Source: the human T2T-CHM13v2.0 reference genome, Homo sapiens
Assembly: GCF_009914755.1 (NCBI RefSeq)
Contig: NC_060936.1
Length of the DNA: 64,000 bases
Reading direction: 5' to 3' (one strand)
Part shown: one piece after another, positions 52,247 through 64,000 of the stretch
How positions within the stretch are numbered: the first letter of the stretch is position 1
Layout: the number at the start of each line of letters is the position of its first letter
The notes under the pieces: model-generated
The model's database searches: none
Seen by the model: the letters and a program-made list of their open reading frames with translations, nothing else
What the model was told of the DNA's origin: nothing
Made by a program: the position numbers and the translations under genes

Positions 52247-55200
52247 CTAAAATAGGATTAAGCAGATAAATTAGTATCTGACCTACAGAGAGATATAGCT
52301 CATATCACTAAGATCTTGATAACATTAGACAAAGCCTAAACATACCTAAAGAAACCATTAAAAGCTTAATTCCAAAATACTTTAGAAAAAGAAAATGGAG
52401 CAAGCCAAGATCTCATAAGGAAATACTTTTCAGAAGACTAAACCTTTCTTCCTTATTCAACTTTTCAGGAAACTCGCAAGATAAGGAGTGGTTATAAGTC
52501 TATACAATTCTGTAATCATTAAAATCGAGAAACACTGAAGGAAAAAAAGAATGTTCAAGATGAATGTTCCAAGTTTTAACCTAGACAAATTTTATAAGTT
52601 CAAAATAGGAGCTACAATAAAAGAGTGAAAGACCTTAACACATCACTTTCATACTTGGAAATATTAGGCAAACTTTAATGAGAAACAAGGTGGCTCCTTG
52701 TTAACAGGCAATCTACAAAGACGTAAAGCAACTTGTCCAGTCGCCAAGTGGGAGCTCATCAGAGGAGTCAAGAATAATTATAGAACTGCTGCTGTCTCAA
52801 TCCAGTTCTGTACTTACCACTCTGAGACGTGATATAACAGGTCTTTTCAAATCACATGATGAATTTGGGCTTGTTTCTTTGTTTACCTTGCTCTCTACAG
52901 TTTTGCGAATCAAACTTAAGCATTTTTCCATAAAATCCCCCTCTTTACCATAATGGTTGTCTCTACCTCATGAGCAGGACCACTTCTCTACAATGCCTGA
53001 TTTTAGCAGAATTGAGAGAAGGAATCTAAACAAAATAAAACTTCATGTAACTTGTATTTTGTAGGTTTATATTTATCTCAACTATTTCAAATATGATCTT
53101 TGGAATCAATTATGAATGACAAATTCAGTACTTCTAGGAAATGCCCCTGTCTCAATTCAGGAAGTGCAAAAAGCAATTATAAAGACTCAATGAAACAGGA
53201 AACCTGATAATAGATTACCTTAAAGAAAAAATAAAGAAAAAAGCCTCAGTAGAGAATGAAAGTAATTATTAACATCAATCCATACTGTCTTTTCATAAGA
53301 TACAAAGTTTATAATTTCCAAGGATAAACAATAAGGCTTCACTTTTAAATTCAAAACTAAAATAGTAATTAAGACTTGCTCTGTTGTAGGCAGGGGTAGT
53401 TCTGAAGTTTGCTAGACTGATACACTTGGGAAAATACTTTAGCTCTCTTTGTTGGGGGAAAGAAAATCCAAAACAAAAAAAACATGTCTTTATATCTCCA
53501 AAGTTATGCAGTCTACACTGATGAGGCATTCTCCAGCTTTAATTCCAAAGATCTCTCATCTCTCCAAAGGAGAGATCAAACCCAGGCCATCTTACGTTTG
53601 AGGCCACTCTGATTGGAGCAGCAAGGCAAAGGAGAAAAAAACAGTTGATGTTTTCGATGCAAATGTACACAGTAGAGGCCTGTTTTTGATACATTATATG
53701 CATTTAAGTCAGGCAATATTCCAAATAATATGCGTTTAGTGCCTCTTTTCATTTGCCCAAAAAATTAATTACCTGGGAAAATATAAAGACTGGAACTGTT
53801 TTTAATATCTAGCATTGTTGAAGGAATAATCTTGATTAAAATGACAATACTAATAATAAAGGAAAAAGATGATAAATAATTCTCAGGTCTAACCTCAATC
53901 CAAGCTGAAGGTTATTTTTACTCTCCAATGTAGTTTAAAAAAGTTTCGTAATTCCGCAAATACTTCTCCAAGGACTTCTTATGATCAAATTCATTCCCAC
54001 GTCTTGCTTTAAACCATAAACCCACTTCATATACACTAAGGGGAAGGGTTGGGGAGGAAGACCATAGATTTCCATAACATTTATCAGAAGGAAAATTTTT
54101 TTGCACTCATGAAAACTATTTTTCCTGGCCTATGTGCTTATAAACTCAAGTGAAGGCCCATTTGCAAATACTAGAACATATCCATTTTAGTCAGCATTGT
54201 GCCTAGTACATCTTAGGCATCTATGTGTTTGCTTGGCAAAGGAAAGGGGATGGCAGGACACACTAGACAGAGACAAACAGTGTTGAGGTGTCACGTAGAA
54301 AGGGCTGTCCTTCATTTTTAGAGAGACGCAGTAAGAGTGGAAAGATAAAAGGCATCAGACTCATCACCAGGGATCTGCAGAGGCAGTTGCTTGAGGAAAT
54401 TAACCTTCATTTATCTGTTTCCTTCATCTTTAAAGATAGTATCTGCTTTCCCAATCTCAGAACAGTACAGGATTAAGTGAAAAACCGCAAAAGCTTTCTA
54501 CAAAATAAGGTATCATTAACAATGTTATCCTAACACTGCTTTGGAGAACACAAGGTTTTCTCTCTCAGACATCTGGCAGAAAGTGTTCCAAGAAATATTT
54601 GCTAGAAACAACATCACAATGTACTACTGACTAGATTTAAGCAACTTTTAGTCCAGCAAAATCAGGCCTATTTTGTTTCTTAACCTACACAGGTTACAAT
54701 TAGCATGTTGTTTGGTAGGGACTTAGTAAAAGCCCTAGAAAAAAAAAACAAGAAAATAGTCCTCTCAAGGTGGGGAATATTGAATACACTTCTCTCACAT
54801 TGCTCCCTCAACTTTCTTCCCAAAGGGGAAGTAGGGCTCAGAGAGATGAGACAAACATGCCCCACCCCAAATAGTGAAGAGGTCTCCGAAGCATCCTACA
54901 CCATCTGTTAACGTTCCTGTTTATAAGAGCGAACGATATGGACACACACCCTTTAGGGAGGTTATTCACCACCCACCTGCTTTGCAAGCGTTTAAGAACT
55001 CACACAGGGGCGTTACTTACGAAAAGAACGCTTGTTATGTGACTAAACCAACAACCATCACAGAAACCCTTTCCATCCACTGCCCCCCCAAATCTCAACA
55101 TTTCATCTTCCTGTTTCCCTTCCTACGTTACAAGTGCCAAGGTAACAATGTTTTGAACTAACGTCATACCCCCACTTCCGACAAAGTTTTTTCAGCTGCT

Positions 55201-55788
55201 ACACCACGTGCGTTCCCACAGTCCGGGAAGAGGGAAGCGTGTAGCCATTGGTGGACACTGAATGGCTGTTTGCAGCCGTGGGCACAGAGAGGGGGAGGAA
55301 GACGTGGGACTAAGACCCAAGTTTCCCGGAGACGATTGCAACATCTCTTTGCTGGCATGTGGCCAACAGGAGCATGGCGTCTTTCCCATGCCCATGTGGG
55401 AAGGGCGTCAGGGACAGACACCTGACCCTTCCTGGCAAGAAGCTTTTCTATCTTTCCCTCCCCGTCTCCTTCTAGCGCCCTCCTCTTCCCCAAAGGAAAT
55501 GCTCTCCTTTCCCAGATCCCAAGCAAGGACCCCAAAGCGCCAGGCCCACGTGTCGGTCCTTCCCCTACATCCATCCCTACCCAAGGTCCCCTCTCCCAGA
55601 CTGCCTCTCCTTTCTTCTCCAAACGCAGGCATTTTCCACCACGCGAATCCGCAACAGTGCCCGTCTGGGAGACAGAAGTTAAGACCTAAACTTTCTGGCC
55701 CGGAACCAGAAGGGAGATGCACACGGCCGCCAGGAGCGCAGGGCGCAGCGCGCTCACCTGGGAGCGCCGGCAAGGGAGGCGGCCAGCG

Positions 55789-55834
55789 CTGGGGACCCGG
55801 AGACCCCTGGGGACCCGGAGATCCCTGGGGACCC
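55789..55834. repeat. 18-bp tandem repeat x2.5 (CTGGGGACCCGGAGAYCC)
   Basis: Units at 55789, 55807 and 55825. Confidence 0.9.
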
Positions 55835-55952
55835 TGTGCTGTCAGCGTCTCCAGCCCGGGTGGGAGATGTAGCGCGAGCTGCCCACACGTGCTCCGCGGC
55901 CGGCTGGGCCCGCCCCACTACGGCAGCCCCTGCCCTCCCTGGCCTGACTCAC

Positions 55953-56214
55953 CGAGAACTTTTTTCTCCGCGTCTTCGCTGCCGGCGGCGGTGGCTAAAG
56001 AGGCGGCGGCCGCGGTGCCCGTGGCTGCGGGGGCCGCGTCCCCACCGGGGTTTCCTGCGACGTGGGCGGCGGGCGCCGGGGCCGCGGCCTGGGGCGCACC
56101 GCTGCCCACCGGGCTCTTGGGCGCGGGGTCCTGGGGAGCCGCGGCGGCCGCCTCCGTCGGAGCCTGCGGGAGGGTGGTGGTGGTGGTGGTGGTGGCCTCG
56201 CCCGCCTCACTCAT
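55953..56214 (-). CDS. YBX3: YBX3 exon 1, coding part (262 nt): Ala/Pro-rich N-terminus MSEAGEATTTTTTT...EKKVL
   Basis: ORF 55918..56214 gives the known DbpA/YBX3 N-terminus; donor CTCG|GTGAGT at 55953/55952. Confidence 0.98.
56173..56195 (-). repeat. (ACC)n trinucleotide repeat encoding the poly-Thr tract of YBX3
   Basis: ggtggtggtggtggtggtggtgg on the + strand; TTTTTTT in the protein. Confidence 0.9.
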
Positions 56215-56425
56215 GCCTCCTCCTCCTCTGCTCTCGCTCAGGCGCCTCGGTGGCGGTTGGTCGGCGGTTAGCGCGGCTGGTGGTCGCGGCGGCCGGGGCT
56301 CGCTCTCGGGGAGGCCGGGGCGGATCTCGCGGCGCAGGCGGCGGCGGCCGAGGTGGGGTCGCGCGGCGGAGGCGGCTCGAGCTTCGTGCTGCGCGCTCGC
56401 TCTTGGGCTCCTCGCTCGATCTTAC
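56215..56425 (-). other. YBX3: YBX3 5' UTR (GC-rich, TSS approximate)
   Basis: GC-rich sequence without ATG upstream of the start codon inside the CpG island; TSS position inferred. Confidence 0.7.
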
Positions 56426-59400
56426 TGCCCCAAAAATGGCCCCGCACAAGTTTTTCTAGGCGGCGCACCGGCCCGGGAGGGAAGGGCGGGCGAGGGGAGA
56501 GGGTGGGGAAACTTGGCTCGGGAGTCGGGCCCTGGACTCTCATTAGCATTTAAAGGCGCCCGGTGCGCTTTCTATGGCTCCAATCCGCCGGGACGCGAGC
56601 GCGCGGGTCGCGTTGCAGAACCAAGGAAAGCCAGGGTGAACGGGGCGCCCGGGTTGTCTTCTGGAGCGTTCCGAGGAGCCCGCGCTGCTGACCCTTTGTT
56701 GGAGCGGGGTGCATTGGCTCTCCTCCCTCAACCCGTCTTGACACCCGCAGCTGACAAGGAGAGGTAAAATAGGGCACCCAAACTACTCTGCGCTTTACCC
56801 TCTCAAACACTTGTTTTTAAATCCTTTGCATCTAGTCAGTTATTCAACATGTATCAAACACCAGCAGCTATTCGTAGCACAGCTGTTAAGACCTGGAATA
56901 ATAAAACCTTAAGACTATTTGGCAACTTACTCCTGAAAGGTAATATACGGATAATTTCATCTGTAACACGCAGATGAGGAAATTGACCTCACAGATTTAA
57001 TGTAAATTCAGAGTTTACACCAATTTAACCGCAACAAATAAGGAGCTGTCAATATATATTTAATAAGGAACACACAAAAAAAAAGCTGAATAAATCCACT
57101 TCCTACCTTCTGCTCCAGTTGCCTCTGCCAGCTGGTGAAAGCTTAAGGAACTGAGCCCTCTTAGCCTCGAGGATGAGAGGTATAGAGAAACAGATCACCC
57201 AATAAACATTATTCCCAAGTTGAAGAGCCCACATGCCCTTTGAGAATGGGCTGGATGGTAGTAAACACAGGGCCAGAGGGTCTGGGATCTGTACCCAAAG
57301 ACTGTCTGGAATACAGGACTATTTGGCCCCTAGGGTTCAGACAGACTAGGTATAAATTCTGGCTTTGTTTTTTATTAACCAGGTTAACTTGGGACAGAGA
57401 TTCAATGTCCCAGAGTCGGTTTCCTGCTTTATGAGAGGTTCTCAAAGGTGACATGAAAAGTAGATGAGATTATCATGTGTCACTCCAGTGTCCGGTCCAC
57501 CTAAAGCTCCTTTGTTTTGTTTGTTTTTTAAGTTATTGCCTGTTCCCTCAAACAATTTACCAAATTTTTTTCCAGGAATATGTCTGTAATGTCGATGTCT
57601 ACCTTAACATCAGTAGGGTAACTATCAAGTGTAATTCATCTTTGTATCTCCACTGGTTAGTACAGTACGTAGCACAGAGTTTGGACATAGTGAATGTTTA
57701 CAAAATGAAAACAGACCAAATTCTTCCAAACTCAATTACTTATCTGCACATTTGCTATCAATTATTATGAAACTTTCCTGAATTCTTACTTTCTTATTTC
57801 ATCCACAAAAAACACAAAGAAAATAAGTTATTTGAAAAAATAGCAAATTATGTAATTTTGAGCTTTTCTATGTAATTCATCAATATTTAAAAAATTACAA
57901 ACTCTTAAATGTTAGATTCATATTTTAGTTTGACTTCAGTATGGAGCATACAGTGATGTTATATAAATGTAGATGCTTTTAAAATGCTGGTCTAATTCTA
58001 AGAATGATTAAATTATTTCTTCATGTGAAAGATTATGGTCTTAATTACAATTAAATTATAAACATGATTTATTCTGGTGAGGACTGACCATTGACTTTCT
58101 TATTCAGCAAAATGATTATCATTGCTATTTACCTTTCAGAATTACATTACAAGAAAAAAAAGTAAGGAGATTGAACTCTTCAAACCGATCCAACAGTAAA
58201 GCCTTTTAAAAAAATTCATCCTTGGAAGTAATTCATAACTAACAGGTGTGATCTCCAACCTCTGGAAGACCCTAAAATAATTACAGATGCACCCTGGGAT
58301 TTCCTAGAATTTGTGCTGGACTGGCTTCCAAAACTACTCATCATTGTCATCCAAACAAAGCAGTGAGCAGCTGGAAGTTGTTGGTATTGTACTAAATAAA
58401 TCTAAAGAAAATTAGAACAAATATGATCTATGTTTTAATAATCATAAGTAGGAAGCAACTTGGATACAGATACACATAAATTTATCCATTCCTTCATTCA
58501 CTAATTCATACACTCATATTTGCTAAGCAAATGCTATGTCCCGGACAAAGTACACCATTGTGAGTATCCAATGTTGACCAAAATGGAGCCGGTTGTAAGG
58601 TCTTTTGATATGATGTTAAAATTATTTTTCACTATCAACATTTCTATTGTAAGACAATATCATCATTTACTAAGTTTAAGAGTAAGTCAACAAAGAATTA
58701 TAATCTAATTGCTGACAGCAGTCATTTTTAAGCAATTATTGGTTTGATCATAAAAACAAATGCCACTCTGTTCCTAGTATGGAGGAAGTTAAAGCTCTCA
58801 CAACTGTTGGAAGGGCTGAAGGAGGGAAACTCAGAGAAGCTCCACTGAAGATCTCAGCCTCCAGTCCCCAAGACAGTGGTTCTCAGGAGTTCTCCTGAAG
58901 CCACTGGAGCCACAAGATCTTTCGGAAGTTCTCAGCAATTCAGGGCTGGATTCAGGTTTTGTGATGCTTAAAACTAATACAATTTAGAGAGCCCTTTTTG
59001 AGATAAAATAAAGTTATGAATACTAAAATGCTAGGACTGCTCCCAGAGTCTTCGAAAGGGTCCGTGCAAGACAGGAGCCCTGAAATTTAAACTTCATTAG
59101 CTTTACTCCTGCACCTGCTATCTCAGTCAGCAACACCGATGCAGTAAGTCCTCAAGAAGTTCATCTGGAAGCAGCTTTGATGCCGATGCATCTTTCTATA
59201 ACTGACTCTGGTATATAATGGTCTTCTCTTCTTCCTTCTAAACTTTGAGCGAAAGGCTCTCATTGTTAGATTCCAACTTGGAAATATACAGGCCGGGAGG
59301 GAGATTCTGGGAAATGTAGTCTCTGCATTTGAAGAAGCTAAAGTTGATGCTAAATTGACAGGAGGCTATCCAGCATATCACCCTAAGGAAGAAAATGCAA

Positions 59401-59769
59401 TTAATTGACTAAGGAGATTGAGGAGAATTCAAGTTATTCAAGGGACTGGAGCTTAAAATAAGGAAGCTTTGTGTATTAGCATATTTGAAACTGGAAAACA
59501 GTGAAGTATTAATCTCAACTTAATTGATACAAAAAAGAACATGAGGGAAATGGTCAGTTTGGAACAAAAAAGTGCAAGAATAAGAGAGTAAAGGTATTTC
59601 AGGATGTCTCCAGCAATGTTCAGGGGGAGAGTGGACCTTGGTTATCACGCTCTGTTTGGCACTCAGTAGTAATGCATTCAGCACATTTATTAATCATTGC
59701 AATTTGGTGCTAAGAACATCATGCAAAACAGGCAGGAATGCCCCTGTATTGAATGAATTAATGGTATAG

Positions 59770-60096
59770 ACCCATACTGTCCCATTGGAAATATAATTTG
59801 AGCCCCAAATGTGAACCAAATATTTAATTTTAAATTTTCAAGCAGCCACAATAAAACAGTAAAAAACAGATGAAATTAATTTTAATAGATTTTACCTAAC
59901 TTAATCAATATAAAATATATATTATTTCCACATTTAACCAAGGGTAAAACCATGAATGATGTATTCTACATTCCTCTTTTTTTTTTTTTTGGTACTATCT
60001 TCAAAGTGTGTATCTTACACTTCTAAGACATCTCAATTTGAACTCACATTTAAAGAGTTCGGTGTGGCTGATGACTACCATATTGAGTAGCACAAG
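59770..60096 (+). mobile_element. MER33-like hAT element
   Basis: ctgtcccattggaaatataatttgagcc...aattttcaagcagccaca...gactaccatattgagtagcaca. Confidence 0.7.
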
Positions 60097-61026
60097 CCTT
60101 CTAGACAATTAGAAGTTTAACCTGAATAATTCTTCAGGATTCCATTGGGAAAAAGTCCTGGGCCTGAAAGCTGGACCATACATCAGTCTGTGGCTACCCA
60201 GCAAGATAATGCTACCTGTTGGGCTGGTTTGAGCTTCCTTTGTGACATATAATATCCAAAGAATTTACATGAACCATAATGCCATAATTCTGAATAACTC
60301 TATAATGATGTCACTGATGATCTCTAGGGCATGTAAACAAAGTGAATTTACAATATCCATTCCCTGTCACCACTGCCTTTATGGACTATGCTTCTTCTTT
60401 AACTTTCACATATATTGGCCTACCATAATGAAGATGTATTATAGGATTTCTTCCTTTTCATTAAGAGAACTGAGAATATGGTGGGGAATTGGCTGTGACT
60501 TTACTCTCCCCTATGGGAAGCTGGATTTAGAGTTCAGAAAATGTTGCACCTCTAGACCTGAAATTATTAAGCAGGAGGAAAAAAAAAAAACAAGCGATTA
60601 CTGAGAAGTTTTGAAAAACCTGATTATTTCAGCATATATTGATTTTATATAAAAGTTCCAGCTTCTAAGTGACTTTGTTGCATTTGTTTTGCTTCTACTT
60701 ATTTTCTTAACTATTTAGATGTGTTCTTAGTGTTTATTTAAAGACTAGCAGATTGGTACAGTTTTGGTGGAAGAACTTGACAAGATTATCTGATAAGTAA
60801 GAACTAGAAAGAAATGTATCCATCTCAACCCCACTCATTTTAAAAACAAGGAATTGCAGTTCAAAGATTAACTGACTTTCTCGAACTAATTTATGTATTT
60901 AGTGGCAAAGCTAGAACCAAAACCTGAGTCTCCTTATACCCAATTCAGCGCCCTTGCCACCATAAAATTCTGATTGACAAAATGTCAATGCTGTAGCATT
61001 GAGTCCCCTCAAAAATAAAGCAAGGC

Positions 61027-61353
<327 letters not shown>

Positions 61354-62404
61354 TCAGATCTTTCCAATTAGGACCTCTGGAGAGGAAACCAAACAGCTGT
61401 GTGCAATTTTATTTTACAGCATTTTGGAACGTTCTGAAACAATGAATAAAATATATTCTCTTCTTCCTAAAAAAGCTTTATTCTGTCTCTTTTTGCACAT
61501 ACTATTTTTTCTCTTTTTTTCTGTTTTAATCTGCTTTCTTTATTCTTTTAACTTTCTTTGTCACCTCCCTTTATGTCCTCACTTGTTTAGGAATTAAATC
61601 TCAGAGAATGTCAAGTCTAGATTCTTGTCTAGAAGATATAGTGTCTTTTATTTCTTGGTAGATATCATAATTCTTAAAAATGCACTCTCAAACAGCAAAC
61701 AAAGAGGAAAAGGGACTCTCAAACAGCAAACAGAGAGGAAAATCATCCAATGTGTCTCTTCTTCAGTTTTCAAAGAATTTTTCAAAATTCTTCCTTCTCT
61801 TCTCTTTGAATTGAACTCTTCCTTTTAGTCAGACTTTCATTTGATCTCTATTAGCATCCCTAGTGGCTCACCGTAATGATCTATTTAAATACTCATCTTT
61901 TGGAGACATCTGTTTAATTGGATTTTGATGTTCCTTTAACATGGGAACTTTGGAGTAGAAATTGAGAATGAGAAAATTTGGGAGAAAGAAAACTGGTTCC
62001 TAAGAAAATTCCAAGAGAGAAAGATTTGTTAAAATTCCATCCAAGTTTTAACTTCCAAATGATAAGGTAATTATATATATATATATATGTTCAAAAAAAT
62101 GCATGTGCACATGCACACACACACACACAGACGACCACAAAATAGTAGTATTTGCTAATGTATATCTGAATATGTATTTATTTTGACATTATGGACTAAA
62201 TATAAACAAGAAGTATAATATCTGCTTCTTTCAAGGGTTTAGATCTCCAGAAATTTTACTGTACTGTGAGCAAAATATTTCTAGTTTTTTATTTTCTTTT
62301 ATTTTGCTTTTGCCAAATCCCTTGCATCCATCACTGTTGGTCTTTTCGTAAGCGTGGCATGGTAGGGAGCAGAATTTTAGCAAAAACGAGTATTATGATG
62401 GGAT

Positions 62405-62765
62405 AACTATTTGTTTGGGGTGCTATAGAAAAATACCTTAGACTGGGTACTTTCTAAACAACAGAAATGCATTGCTTAAAGTTTTGGAGGCTGGGAAGTT
62501 GCAGATCAAGGCACCAGCAGGTTTGGTGTCTGGTGAAGGCCTGTTCTTCATAGATGTTGCCTTCAGTGGGTCCTTACATGGTGGAAGGACAAAAAGGCTA
62601 ACAAGCTCCCTTGGGTCTCTTTTGGGTGCCAATCCTATTGGTGAGGTCCTGTGCTCATGACCTAAATGCCCCCAAAAGGTCCCATCTCCTAATGCCATCG
62701 CTTTGGTGATTAGGCTTCAACATATGAATTGTGGAGAGACACAAACATTCAGACCATGGAACCTA
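62405..62765 (-). mobile_element. MLT1A-like MaLR LTR
   Basis: gctatagaaaaataccttagactggg...cagatcaaggcaccagcaggtttggtgtctggtgaaggcc...acacaaacattcagacc. Confidence 0.8.
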
Positions 62766-64000
62766 TGTCTTTACTAACATGTATTTTACTACCATTTCCA
62801 ATTATAGATCAGCTTGCTGCAAATTTCCAGAAACGCATCAACCTAATGATATTTTACTTTAAATCATAAAATATAGTTTTAAAATAGTTTTAGTAAAATA
62901 ATTTTTATTCTATTGTATTCTTTTTTTGCAACCTGCAGTGATTTGCAACATTAACTCTCAAGCCAGCTTTTTCTTCTCTTTGACTTTTTATTAAATTTAA
63001 GATGAAAAAGAGTAATCAATAATAGAATGGTTTTATTAATAAAGACAGATCAATTTTACAGTTTTTCAAGATAAATGTTTTAGAGTTTGAAGCTATACTA
63101 CTCTAGAAGTACCCACAGTGAAATTTTACATGGAAAATTAAGAAACAAAACTAGGAGTCTTGAAATATCAAAGGGATAAACTTAAATTCAGGTAGGTTAA
63201 TTTGTAAAAACAAGATTGCAAGGATCAGCTGGAATGGTTTGGTTTGTTTTCTGAGGGGGTTACTTTTTTTGTTGTTGGTGAGTTGAGTGATGATTTATAT
63301 ATATATATATTATTATTATTTTGGGGGCCATCCTAAAAAAAACCCACTAAGCTAAAAACCTGTATGTTAGAATAGAAGACAATATTAAAAAGTATGTTCC
63401 AGTAAAGACACGTACTGTTTGGCTATGGCTACTCCCATTCTCCTGTATGTCAATTTCATGAATTTCTATTCAAATTCAGGATTCATAACCTATAACTACC
63501 ATGAAATATAAAATATTTCCCCAAAGTATGGAACCTGATGTCTAAAAGGACCCATTAGGCATACTGGGGCCTAAGAAAATAAAAGAATGCCATTTTATTT
63601 GAATTGCACTGATGTGTATAACTAGCTATTTTAATGTATCTAATAAGTGTAAAACAGAAGAACAGAAGTTAAATTGTACCAAGAAGGAACTTGGTTTGGT
63701 AGCATCAAAATGTGAGAGGGTGAGAAATTCCATCATGTGACAAAATGACTTTGAGGTATCCCTTTGAGGTAGCTACAATCTTTGTGGGCAGGGAGTTGAT
63801 TAATGGTTGGATGTAGTCTGGGCTGTCTGTGAAAAGGCCATTAAAATATACTCAATTAGGACTTGACTGTCCAGATTTGACAGGAGTAGGAATCTGCTAT
63901 GGAGGATTATCCACACTCCACTGCATCACTCAACTCTTCTTTATAGATTAGGAAATAAGATTCACTATGAAGGCTCAGCAGGTATAACTGGGCACACCTT

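Larger units (their letters stand above)
55560..56800. promoter_or_regulatory. YBX3: YBX3 CpG-island promoter with GC box (56483-56489) and CCAAT boxes (56580-56584, 56713-56717)
   Basis: Very high GC and CpG density spanning exon 1; motifs read directly. Confidence 0.9.

Noticed and set aside
56580-56717. Inverted CCAAT (Y-box-like) motifs suggesting YBX3 transcriptional autoregulation
   Set aside because: CCAAT boxes are common NF-Y sites in CpG promoters and the flanks do not match a full Y-box

Overview
Primate, almost certainly human, genomic DNA; the content matches chr12p13.2. The window holds the complete minus-strand YBX3 (CSDA/DbpA/ZONAB) gene. It has 10 exons, and all splice junctions were read directly as GT-AG. 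The CDS is 1119 nt (372 aa), the CpG-island promoter is at about 55.6-56.8 kb and the poly(A) site is near 32.19 kb. About 25 kb downstream, at about 7 kb, is a second CpG island that I assign by recalled synteny to the STYK1 promoter and non-coding first exon. The rest is rich in interspersed repeats: about 15 Alus, L1, L2, MIR, MaLR LTRs, a MER51 solo LTR, hAT/Tigger elements and a decayed two-LTR ERV-L provirus (17.5-24.5 kb) lacking integrase, with nested MER2 and THE1/MST insertions. The most unusual observations are: (1) a TSD-flanked, A-tailed retrocopy of exactly the last 22 nt (with CCA) of tRNA-Ala in YBX3 intron 8; (2) an orphan 149-nt exon with strong splice sites and a transmembrane-like ORF between the MER51 LTR and the STYK1 island; (3) a ~95-bp inverted templated copy of an L1 5' junction inside the same L1; (4) an AT-rich fold-back; (5) a (CG)10(AC)12 Z-DNA tract; and (6) several candidate YBX3 splice and translation variants. 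Repeat subfamily names come from recognising consensus sequences from memory, not from a database search.
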